A stretch of DNA of 63,083 bases, counting the filler, from Choristocarpus tenellus KU-1152 (lineage: Eukaryota > Protista > Phaeophyceae): the NCBI GenBank assembly GCA_964200185.2. It is 10 parts of 10 records of this genome, joined end to end, with 100 filler letters (N's around TTAATTAATTAA, not from the genome) between each part and the next. Parts side by side here need not be neighbours in the genome. Positions count along the whole stretch, not along the records: positions 39,287 to 42,460 come from CAXNAD020021779.1; positions 42,561 to 45,477 come from CAXNAD020023674.1; positions 45,578 to 57,573 come from CAXNAD020002030.1; 7 more parts are not named here. One strand, 5' to 3'. How positions within the stretch are numbered: the stretch's first letter is position 1; each line of letters begins with the position of its first letter. This document shows, one piece after another, positions 39,848-52,362 of the stretch. The notes beneath the pieces are model-generated. The model made no database searches, had not been told where the DNA came from, and worked only from the letters and a program-made list of their open reading frames with translations. The position numbers were made by a program, and so were the translations under genes.

Positions 39848-42800
39848 TTATTTATTTTTGTCTTTGACAGAATCAATATCTTGAAGTATAAATTACACAC
39901 ATTAATTTACAGAGTTGATTGTAAAGTACCACCAGGTCGGACAGGGTCGCTATAAAGCTGTGAGTTGACCTGGTTAAGGTATATTTTAGAGGGGCTGGGT
40001 CAGGGCCTTCAGAAAATGTTAAAAGGGACCAAGCCACAGGCCAGTTGGGCCAATTATTAGCTAGCTACAGGCTTCCTGTCAACTGTGGCAAATCTTGCCT
40101 AGGGGCAAGAATTGTTGCACCTCAGTGTTCATGTTGTACATTTGTTGTGATTAAATGGTGATATCTGCCAAGGAGATTAACCTTTTGAGCACTGGGACTA
40201 ACCGAATGCTTGTCTATTCAAAAAAGCCCGTTCCATTCGTACATTTCATTCTTTTTTTTTTCCCTTAAAAAAAGTTTTGTTAGTAGGACCGAGGAGATTG
40301 TCTCTTGAGTGTTGTCATATCATCAACATTTTTTCACTTAAAGTAGTAAGAGTTCCGTGTATTTTTTTATTGTGATTTTTTTGGCCGGCTATTGAATTCT
40401 GTCGAGTGTTTGTGATTGGAGGATTCGAATATTTATATTTATATATATATATATTTACAAACTGGACTGATGTAAATTTTGAAATGTTCCAGGTTTTTAT
40501 GACCATTGGTAAGGCAGATAGTATTTGATGCTCGATGCTTGGTTCTTACTTGGTGCAGCCAACAGGCATAGAATAGATGCGTCTTTGATTCTATGATGGG
40601 AATTATTGTATACTGAATTGTTCGAGCTGGGAGGTCTGTACATGAGAAGGACCTTTCCTTTGAAATCAGGGTTGGGGTTGGGGTTGTGATGATGCTTTAG
40701 CTTGTGGAAGAGGTCGTTTCTGGTAGCAGTACATTCGCCAAGTGCGCCCTTCTCTTCTGCTGCAATCCTCTGTGATGTCTCAAGGTCTCCATTGCCTAGT
40801 CACTCATACATGCATTTGGTCATGCCAAGAGGCTCCTTGTCCTTGACATTGTCGAAGCGATCCGAAGTGTGTACATACTCCCAGGCCTGGGTTGGTTGCA
40901 TACTTCATTGATGAGACTACAGCAATGTAGTCAATTGGTTATGTTTAGTTATCGTTTCTCACAATTGCCAATTGGTGGGAGTAGGTTTGGGGGGGGGGCA
41001 AGGTTTGCGTTCAACTCGTTCGTGATGGGAATGGACATGTCCGGAAAACTCTTCGACGTGGCCGTAGAGCTCCTGGAACAATTTCGGAATTCAGGAACGT
41101 TTTTTTTGGGTGGGGGGGTCTTTCAAGTGTATATCTTATCTTGTTTGGAGTCTACTGATGCAGTCGGTAGTCTGTAGTGGTGTACTACAGTGAAGTATGT
41201 ATGGTACAGTTATGTGTGTGTTTATGTACAATATGTGCATTAGATCTTGTTCCTGTACTACACAGTATGTATTGTGGATTGATAGTAGGCAGTGGTACAC
41301 TACATGTAGTATTGGACATGCTGAGATTTGTTGCCATTAGATTTTTTTTGTTTGTCCAAACCCACAATGATTTAGAACAAAGGGGGGGGTTTGCTCCTTT
41401 GTTAGTCAAGCTGGCACAATCATCATCGGGCTCCAAGTGTTTTCTACACAACGACGTGATCTTTTTGTTGTTTGTAAAGATCCACCCACTCACACTGAGA
41501 CTGCTTCTCACAAGTTCTCTTCTTTTTCAGGCGATTAGCACAGCCAATACGGTGATATGATGGTTACATAGACCTCCTGTCGTGTTTGTATCCAAGAGTG
41601 CTGACTCACACCTCAGGATGATTTTTCCCTTTCAACAGTTTTCTGATTGAGGATGTAGTTCAGTCTACAAGCTATAGCTTTGATCCCCAAGTGTATTGTC
41701 ATTATATATTTGTGATTGTGTTGATTATCAATACTATCATTATGATCATTATTATTATTATTATTATTATAGCAGTATGGTCACTCCTTTTGCCGTGGTC
41801 CTTGCTTGCCTCTTGTGCATTTTGATCAATGCGTTTATAGTTTGTAGTGGCGGTGAAGGCGGTGCATTGGGTGCTCTCAAGGAAACCCTTTCGTGAGAAA
41901 GTTGAACGACTACTAGCAGTGTGCCCGAAGATCATAATCAGAGTAATATCAACTGTTGTCTGAGATAAAAATAATGCCATTGTACCTACTATGTACTCCA
42001 TTGGAAGAAAGTTCAAGTACAGCACAGCAGCCATTTTTGTCAATAAGAGTACCACCAAGAAGATTCTTGTGATAAAATAAAAAAACGATTTTTACTCCTC
42101 CCATCCCCATCCCCGTTCGACCTCAACCACGCCTGCCATATTTCTCCAGCTCGTCGGGTGTTTGCGTTTGCATCCCACGGATTGTTTAATGGCCCAGCTA
42201 ACCAACGACTTCAAGAGAGCGCCCTTTCAGAGGTGAGGAGGTGGGGGGATTGGCGTGTGACTATTGCCGTGAATGTCACTCACTATCAACAGGTATTATT
42301 ATTATTATTATTAATAATAATAATAATAATATTACAAATAGTATATATTTGGCATTGGGGCTTTGAGAAAATGATAAAATATATGTTGTGTTTGTATTAT
42401 GTATGTGTTGTGTATGTATGTATGTATGTATGTGAAGGTTGTTTGGGGGGGGGATGGGAGNNNNNNNNNNNNNNNNNNNNNNNNNNNNNNNNNNNNNNNN
42501 NNNNTTAATTAATTAANNNNNNNNNNNNNNNNNNNNNNNNNNNNNNNNNNNNNNNNNNNNGGTTTACCTTCTGTGGAAGATGACTCTCACATCACCCCCC
42601 CCTCTATGTGGTTTGATGCAGGAATCAAACCAACACAGGTGTCAATGGGAAATGGAGGAAATATATGTGCAGAAAAACTGACATGAACATTGAAAAGAAA
42701 AGAAAAGGAAAGAAGAAATAGTCTCTCCACAAGGAAATACTGTCTTGCGACAGTTGTATACACAAAAAACCCTGCAAATTTGCAAAAATACAGAACAAGA

Positions 42801-43599
42801 GGTGTTTTTCTTGAGGCCTCACAACTTAGCACTTACAATTAAGATTGATTTGGTGGCAATCAAATCAGTGCCGCTTCATCCTGATCACGGGTGAGACAAT
42901 CAAACATATCTGGGCAAATGGAAGGATCACAATTTCGGTATATCAGATACGACCACGTCTGGTCAAATCTTCAACGTGAAAAGGGGAAAGGGCAAGGACT
43001 AGCTTAGTCTTATAATGAAATTCGGTTAACTCCAGCAAGGATATACAGATGCAAAAACATGGAACATCATCTCAAATGAGGGAAAAAGAACATGGGAGAC
43101 TCCCAATGGGAGCGCAGAAATCGTATCAAATTACAGCTGTATCGCTGCAGCACCAATCAGTATATACTTGGGTATATAAATTCAACAGCATATCACATGG
43201 ATGTTCTAATCAATTAGAAACAAAATGGGGAAAATTAATAAATAAACAAATAAAAAATCAATTTAAAACCATGGACAAACACGGGGATGGAGTTGGCCAT
43301 AAACCATCAGTGAAATAACTGTTGAGCAAAACAATTGTCTTCCTGAAAAAGAAAAGAAAAGAAAAATGAAATAAAATAAAATAAACAAGTGTGCAAGAGT
43401 CATTTGGAAAAAATGAACTCGGGTCTTCTCCGTGCATACATGGGTGCACATGTACAAAAAAATTCAACTTATCATAAGTTGATATGGCCAAACAAACATC
43501 CATTTGGCATATATATTATCAATATATATGTAGCAACACAACCAAAAATCATTGATGACTTAAACACAAATATAATTCGCAACACCAATATATTTTAGA

Positions 43600-45477
43600 A
43601 ATATATTACCTCCAGCATAAAATTCAATCAAGCATGGAAACTTTTCATGGATCAGAGTTGATATCAACCGAAGGTTTTGAGTTGGAATTAGGTGTATCCA
43701 GACAATGTTGTTGCCTGTATGCAGCAATCATTTCTGCACATTGTGGCAAATCACGCGGACGATAGAACACATCAGAAGCACGGTCATAGCCTTTAAGGCG
43801 TAGTCTATATTCTATTTCATAGGTGAACGAGGTCCACGGCCAAACTTGTGTCCCACAATAGCTTCAATAATGTAAGGACCAATGGTAATGGTTACTGGGG
43901 ATTCTAAATGATCAAGATCCGGTAAGGGCAAAGTTCGACCAAGAAAATTAATTGAGTTTCATAAAATCAGGTTCAGGTGGTGGTTGCGTGTTTGGAATGT
44001 AAGGTTTCAAGTGGGCTAAGTGAGCAGAAATATCTTTGATGTCACCTTGTTTGCGGACACAGTAAACTACAGGGGAAATCTTGGCAGTCACTGTGAAAGG
44101 TCCACGCCAAGGATGAATCAATTTTGGATTAGGTCCGTCACAGTCAGGATGTGGACGGTGCACCAAAACTTGAGCTCCAACTTGAAACACAGGGAAAACA
44201 AGAGCTTCATTGCTAGCATTTTTTTTAGCATTCCGTTCTCCCAGATTGCGACGGGCTAATTCAAAAGGTAACTGTAAATTCTCAGCTGTTGATTGAGTAA
44301 ACTCTTGGGTTGTTGACTGTGCAACTGTCGTTTTAGATAGACCAAAAATGACACCAATGGGTAAAATTGGCCGGCGTCGAAAAAGCAGGAAAAAAGTGTT
44401 TCTTGTAGTGTGGTGTTGTATGCCGTATTGTGAGCCAATTGAAGGAATGGAACAACAGTCGCCCAATTATTCTCTATGTTACTGTACATGGATAACACTT
44501 GATGCAGAGTAGAATGAACACGCTCTAAGACAGAGTTACCCTGTGGTCTGTAGGGTGCGGTACGAGGTTTATGGTACCCAAACACTGTAATTCCAGAACA
44601 AGTTTTTTTTCAAATTTCGAACCTTGGTCAGAGTGAAGGATTTCAGTGCCCCAAATATTGAAATATCCTTTCAAACAAAGCTTTGGCAATGGTCACTTCT
44701 TGTTTGTCTGGAATGGGAATGAGAAAAGCAAAGCGTGTCAACTGACAAATAGCCGAAAGAACATACCGGCAACCGCGGGAAATTGCTTTATATTGTACAA
44801 GATCAACAGCAATTCGTTCGAATGGTCAAGTGGCAGGTTTGTCCTTGCGGCAGTGTAGGACGTCTGTGAGAAGTTTTTCGTCATTGGCAAAGTTGACATC
44901 TCTCACACCATTCTCGAACATCTTTTTGAAACATGGGCCACCAATACCAGTCTCGTACCTTGTCAAGAGTATGAGAAAGACCGAAGTGACCTCCCGAAGC
45001 GGGATGGTCATAGCAAGCATGTAAAACCCAACATTGCAAGATTGTTTTGGAACCACTAATTGACCACGAAAAGCACGGTGTTTGCGTATATGCCCGGGAA
45101 AATATGATCGGCAAAGCAAGTTAGTGTCAGCATCAACATAAAAATATGACATGCTATACCTTGATTCACGGGGAGGTAAACACACTGAAATAGGGGCTTG
45201 TAAATACGCAAAGTAAAGAGAAAATTGGTTCACTTGTGCTTCACGAATTTCGGTGTGGTCCAAAGTTGGAAAGATGTTCACTGAACTACTAAAAAGTTCA
45301 CGGTCACTCTGAATTATATCTAATTCATGATGAAGGCGATCTGGATATATTTCGTATGCTTGACGTGGGGTTCCCGCACTTGACATTGTTTTTTCTGGAA
45401 TATTCTGTTCGTAGATAGTACTGCTGATACACTATAGACACCACTGGTGGATTATGTCATAGGGTAGAGAGCCAGTG
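43600..45477 (-). mobile_element. Ty3/gypsy (chromovirus-type) LTR retrotransposon pol 3' region, decayed
   Basis: Integrase zinc finger (HACYDHPASGGHFG..TLDKVRDWYWWPMFQKDVREWCERCQLCQ), core (LHSDQG, PYRPQGNSVLERVHSTL), GPY/F motif (KLIHPWRGPFTV) and chromodomain (YIIEAIVGH..EYRLRLKGY..DLPQCAEMIAAY); several frameshifts. Confidence 0.92.
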
Positions 45478-45577
45478 NNNNNNNNNNNNNNNNNNNNNNN
45501 NNNNNNNNNNNNNNNNNNNNNTTAATTAATTAANNNNNNNNNNNNNNNNNNNNNNNNNNNNNNNNNNNNNNNNNNNN

Positions 45578-45700
45578 TGATCACCCTGGTCCCAGACCTG
45601 CTGATCACCCTGGTCCCAGACCTGCTGATCACCCTGGTCCCAGACCTGCTGATCACCCTGGTCCCAGACCTGCTGATCACCCTGGTCCCAGACCTGATCT
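45578..45700 (-). repeat. Coding 24-bp tandem repeat (QVWDQGDQ), about 5 units, truncated by the gap
   Basis: tgatcaccctggtcccagacctgc repeated essentially perfectly. Confidence 0.95.
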
Positions 45701-48700
45701 GTTAGGTCCTCTCCTGAGGCACCCTCATAGCTATGCCCATAGTTCTCGTAGCTCTGGCTGCTTTGTGTTTGATCCCACAAGCCTGTCCATTGCTCCTCCC
45801 CACTGGCTTCCATTCCTGGTCCACCATGCCCTTCATACCCATTCCTTCCATTCTGATCCTGGTAGTCTGGGTAGCCCTGTGCCTTGATGAAATAATCACT
45901 TGGTCCGCTGTCCCACCCTGGAAAGTATCCATAGTACTCTGCACTAGAAGAGTTATAGTAGTCCGACTGGGGTTCCTCTGTACCTCCGGAAGATGAAACA
46001 AATGTTTGATAGACATCGACAGCAATTTCCTCCCAGTGATGGAAGCGCCTGACACCCTAAGGCGGTGCAAGAGACAGCAAGGGTGGGATCACATCTGCTG
46101 ATAGATTTACTACATGCCGGATTGTTACATGCTCCAAGGAGCAACTCCCCCAAAAATACATAGTGCACTGCAAAGGGAGTACATTCTGTAGGTTGAGTTG
46201 TTTCCAAATTGCATTCTTTGTTCCTCTCCTTGCAAAGTACAGAGTGCAGAGTAGTTTCCAAGAACTGGGGCATCTGCCATGAGTTGTGGAGAGATAGGTT
46301 GATCTTGCGGTGCATGGCCACACTCTTGATAAGATTCGGGAGATCTTTGTCCCATAACCATCATCCTCATCAACACAAGCCGATGTGAAAAGCTTTTCTC
46401 ACCTTAAGGTGAATCCTATCCCAGCATTGCTGGCAGAACTTATCGAGACAGGTGCTGCATTGGCGGGTTGCATACTGACCCTCACACTCTGCACAATACT
46501 TCTTTTTTTCCCTGGCATAGTACATGTTCGAGTAGTTGGCGACATAGAAGCAAACAGCCCTGTAGCCCCTCCACCTTTTCTGTATTTAGAGGAGATAAGA
46601 AGGGACACTTACCACGGGTATACATATGGCACAGCAGACAATACAACTCCTGTTACACATGCTTCAAGTTGTTGTTGTCACCCCAACCTCCCTCGGCAGA
46701 TGACCTCTATAGGTGATCACAATTTCCACGTGCCCTACAATGACGTTCATGTAAGAATATACCCTACCAAGACAAAGTCTGCACTTGCCACACCCCTCCC
46801 ACCACACTCCACTTCTGTCCAAACCCCTTTCAACCATGTCAATCACCGAAGAAATGAAATCAGTGTATGATCTCCAATGCAGCTCACGGTACAGCTATGG
46901 CTTGGTTTGCATCCCAAAAGGAGGTGCTTGGTTCAGTAGCTGGACCAAGTGTACACTCCAAATCTTGAAAATGTTGTATAGCATGAACTCTGGAGTAGTA
47001 CTGCAGAACAATATTCGAAATGTCGAAATCCGGCACAGCAACTAGTGTCTTTCTTTTTGAATTTTTGTCAGCGGTCCCAAGTAGTGCACTCCAGATTAGT
47101 ACCTAGCTGCACATTGTTCCAGTCTCCAAAACTACAGTGTGTTTTATGATTTTTTTGCTTCTTGATACAGCTCCTCCCTTCTCACGACATTGGACCCAAC
47201 TTGCCTGTATCACTAGCGCAGCGCTTTCCTGGTCTTTTTGTATGTGTACGACTGGAGCCTCCCACCTTTCTTCTCGAAGGGACCGATACCTTTGAACTGA
47301 TAGTATTCCTCGCCACCAGCACTGCAACCTTACAACATAAGCACGCTGGCGCTCTTCCTCCAGGGCAGGACCAAGTAACCCCTGGAGATACCTGCGTTTT
47401 GACAAATAATACGGTCGGTGTGTTCCTGTATTTTGGGGCGGTTGTATGGTTCAAGAATCCCATGGTTTATAAACTCTTACCATAATCCCCTTGGATTGGT
47501 AAAACCTTCATTAAAAAAGTGCTTTTTTGTGGTAGTTCAAAGTACTTTCTCCTCCCACTATTTGAGGACATTTGAAAGCATTCTTGGAGATGTATTTGAG
47601 ATATTGACCATACGAACGGTTGCATGTTGAATGTGGTGTGCTTGTGTTTCGAGTACTCTTTGAGCACCTGCTCAGCAATGGCAGTCATTACATGTGTAAT
47701 GCTTAGTTAGACAAGCTGCTTCATTGCATTTCTGAGTGGGTGCCGATGGTTCACTACACAGAGTGCACAATCTCCCAAACTGAAGGTACTAGTTGTGAGG
47801 AGTTCAAAAAGAATGAGGCGAGGGAAAGGAGGCAGTGAGAACTGACAGTCATTTCTCCGAAATAGAAAGGCCATGGGGCTTGTTATGGGGCTTGTTAATA
47901 CTAGAGTGGTAAAAAAATTGCTCATGAATGGAAAAGAGTCAAGGTGACCATAGAAGAAACCTTCACCTTTCCAGGTCATCTGTTTTGGCCAATTCCTCCA
48001 GGTTGACCCTTCGTCGCCTCAGCTCATCTCTCGCCAATGAGCACCTGCACATGCCCAGTGTAAGGGAACCTGTCATGAAGTAGCTCTTGTCCACAGGACA
48101 ATGGATTGCAAACTTATCTCCTGGAAGCATGGAGTGAGTAGAACTTGACAATGACTGCAAGGCAGACATGCTCAATAAGCTTCCACTTTGAACCATCCTG
48201 AGCTCAGCCATAAATGGTACTACCATACCAACTCCTCATTTTGGACCCACCAGACTTGCACTTTGAAGTGCTTGAAAAGTACTCCAAAAAACGCTTGTTC
48301 TTGAATGGCCTAAATGGGTTGGTTCCTTGAATAGATAGATATGCAATGCAGTTGCTTGTCGGATTGCAGCATTGAAAGGCACAGAAACTCCTGTAGATAA
48401 TCCATTTCCATTCCAAAATAATGATGCCCCATTTGATAGCATCAACATACATATTGCAATTCCTACTCTAGCTACTGCAATTTCAGCAAGGCTCGTCAAG
48501 GACTGCCTTTAAGATAGGGTGGGAATGGAAACACTTCCAAAAGTTCCAGGTAGAAAATATTTGTCCAATTAGGCGTGCTAATTGGTCAAGAGGACCGATG
48601 AATGGTACTGATTGGTCAACCATTGTTGTCGATCCCCCATGGTGAGCACACGCCACAGATTCCTGTCTTTCCATTAGTTCTGAGAAGTTACCTCTTGGAC

Positions 48701-51700
48701 TTCACCAAGCAACTTGTCGTTACCTCCCTCCCCCCCCCTACTCTGGAGTCACTCCCAAATAAAACTATTTTGCAGCACACAAGGTGTTGAGAGCAATACA
48801 CACCTCCAAGCCATTTGTATCCTTTGGGCTCCGGTGCGCATCTGCTCTCTTTCAACCAGTCTCTTATTCTTGTAGAACTTCCTCCATATGTCTCTTGTCT
48901 GCCGGCCTCGAACAAGTGCCTGCCCAACACCGTTTTGGGGGACTTGATAACTTCTCACAACAAAAAGGTCCAACTGTGGAGTAAATCAACAACAGGACAA
49001 GTGCCACCGCCCCCATGCACCAGAAAGTGGTTGCACAAGAGATTTGGGTTCCCGCAACTTGCCTGCAATCTTGTCGCCACGAGATGACACCTTTGTATCT
49101 TTTGGTCCTCTTTATGGCGCAGCTTTTTCAAGGCGCCTATTGCTAGCATGCATCGCACAAGGCACTATTTGTGTAAGGGGTATGAGTGGAAAGAGAGAGG
49201 GGAAGAGACAAAAGGTAAGTTGAATTATGCAACCAATTGCTGGTGTCGCCGCAATGACTGCTCTCTCCTGTGTGGACATGCGCTACCAATATTTAAGATG
49301 CAGGGATAGAGTAAGGGTGAGGGAGGGTTGGTGAAGACCCCGAGAGACCACTTCTAGGTTGTAGGGAGGTTGTACAGGAGTTCTTGTGTGTGCAGGCCAA
49401 GCCGGGGATCTTGGGAAGGATCACCTGAATACTGGCCATTCTTTAGAACAACGAAGAAAGCTGTCAGTAGCACAGTAGGGAGAATTGCGTGCTCTAAAAT
49501 AAGAAAAGCGATTTTGTCAAATTGACAAAATTTTGCATCGCAAACTGCGATGTTTTGTCCTTCCTCTCAGGAGTGCATACTGTATACCTCTCCAGAAACA
49601 ACAAGAGAGGCACCCTGAACAGGTGCTGATGGTCATGGATACCATGAGAGAACAAATAACCTATGCAATTCCTTGTAAGGACCAAATTCAAGCATGATCT
49701 GTTGTGCTCTTCTACTGATGGATTCTATTTTGGTCACGCTAGTTTTGGAGTTTGGATGAACAGAGGTTTGGTCTAGTACACGACTCTGACAAACTTGGTT
49801 CTGTGGGATCGACTAACCCATCCTTGCCAATGAGCAAAGGACACACAATAGCCCTATTGTTCCAGACACCGGAATCACCAATTGCTGCAAGGCATGTGCC
49901 TTCCCTGTGTTTTCTTGCAGTCACTCACAGTACAGCAGGTGCCCCTCCCTCCAAGCTCCAGTCCAGAACATTTTTAACAGTAGTGAATTGGTGAATATAT
50001 GGTGTTGATCTAGTACCGACCAACTACTGCACCAAGACACCGTGATTTCCTTGTGTACAAATTTAGACATCTAACAGCGCACACTACTTCAGAGTAACCA
50101 TTTTACCTTGATGAAAAGACGTAGGTAGTTACCTGAATCATTAGGGTGGCCTCCTCTTTCTTCCTGGCAAAAACCTTTGCCTCTCTTTCTGCAGCAGCTA
50201 TATTCCTTGCCTTCTTTCCCCTTGCTTGTGCTTGCAGAGTGGTGGCTGCTTGGTACTGCTTTTCCTCTAAGATTATTCTATTGTGATGCTCCACTCGAAG
50301 TCGATCAAGGGTCTTCTTTGCCAGAAATGCCTGAACACACCCCTGGCAGTTGTTGTCCGGGAAGCACACGTGTCAGAGAGCCTGCAGCGAGTCCCATGGA
50401 AAGCAAGGCAAGGCAAAAAGTGGCAAGGCCTTGATCGACAGCCTTGCATTTGAATACCTATATTTTTTCATGTTTACGGAATACTCCGTTTTTCCAAGAT
50501 GATCTGAGTACCAAATGATGATGGTGCACAGTAAGGACAGCTAGTAAGGAGAACTAGGGCACTCTTGATAAAAAAAAGCAGTCATGTACAGAATCAAGAG
50601 TGTGTTCTCTTACATACCAGGTTGAGCCGAACAAGACTGCTACTCCTAGATAATGAGGCGTTACCCTCTTTCAGAGCAATGGACAAGGCACACATTTCAT
50701 TGTAGCTGTTCTGTTTTGAGGGACAGACTGCTCCAAGTATTGTTGTATACCTGCATGTCTATACCACAGTCATATTTGTTCCTACCTCTTACATAGCTCA
50801 AAAAAGGAATGCCTCAAAAGCATATGCAAAAGGTGCTCACAAGCAAACAGAAATGAATGCACTCCAGTGTAGAATTATTCCTTCAAATGATGCTGAGCTG
50901 GAAGAAACACCCCGTTCAGTACTTTTCCAACGTGATCATGCACTTCTTCTTTCCCCCAGTGGTTATCCAGACCTGAATCTTCATTGCAAAAGGACCATGA
51001 GCTGACTCCTGGGCCGCCAGGTATCGAACTTTCATCTCATAGTACGCTAAATTCTCAGCAGCTTCTTGTACTATTGTGTTTGTGATTGGGCTTGTGCTCG
51101 AGCTCAGTTTCAAAGGAACTGAGTCCAAAGTGATCCTTAGGGATGTTGTGGAATCAGAACGTTCCCGAAGGGATGCATCACTGGCATTGGCATCATCTTT
51201 GTCAATTCTTCCAGCTTCAGATTCAGTGTCTTTGCGGTGTCTTGTGTGAGCTTGGGAGCGACGAATGCACCTTGTGATCACTGCAGCTGCCTTGTTCTGC
51301 TCCTTTACCTGCCCCAGTAAGAAAATGGGATGACCAATGATTTCCAGATATCCTATATTGGCCGATGATACTAGCTAGCTATGGAACATTATTTGTGGAC
51401 AAACATCGCCATGCTCTACTCTAAATGTGTGTTCCCTGTGGTGCTCTTGTTAGTTCAGGCACTATTATAATATATCAACATCAAGTCAATCCTCATGCCT
51501 GCTTAGTCCCACCCCTTGTACATTAAATCTTGGGTATGTTTATCCAGCAGGGATCTCCTGGCATGTTTACCCTGTCTAGAACTCCACCCTACAAGAGACA
51601 CGGAAGGAGGTTGCTGGCAAATCTCCAAGCACTTTGAGGAGGAGGCGAAGCTTTTCCTGCTTTATCAGCATGCCACAAGTACGGATAGAACAACATTGTG

Positions 51701-52299
51701 CCGGCCTTGGAGGTGCCATAGTAATCACCTAGGCAATCAGATTTCAAGTACTACAGATCACAAGTAGCGGGAACTACAAAAAGGACCGACTCGAGGTTTG
51801 GAAGATCGTCACCCCTTGAGAATTTTCTCCACCTTTTCCGAGTGAGTGCTACCCCTTCAGAAGCATTTATCAGTGTTTAACTGTTTTCTTCATACCTATT
51901 TTCCCAAGGGGAGTCCTGCTGTACGTCCACAGTGACAATGGTGAGAGGCAGTAGGAAAGCAAACTCAATGAAAAATGGAATATGTCAAAATCAATCGAGT
52001 TTCTGAGGCAAAAAGTGCCAAAAAGCAATTGACGTGGCACCTGCATACCTCCAAGAAGTCCCTCCGCCCCAGTAATCCACGCCGTAATTTCTGCATGGTT
52101 ATTGCAACCCTCCACGTCGCTGCCTGCGCCTTAATCTCTGTGTTCCTTGTTTCTAACAGTTTTCTAGCAGTCTGTCGGGCTACGAAGCCCCTTCTCCGTC
52201 GCTGGAGCTTGTTGTTATTGGTATTCACAGTATTGTTGTTATTTGTAGTGACATTAAGTCGTGGAAAAGGGAGGGGAGTTGCGGAGGCATAGTCATTGC

Positions 52300-52362
<63 letters not shown>

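Noticed and set aside
41400-41470. THAP domain from LCRKHLEPDD
   Set aside because: No correctly placed upstream CxxxxC or conserved Trp/Pro.
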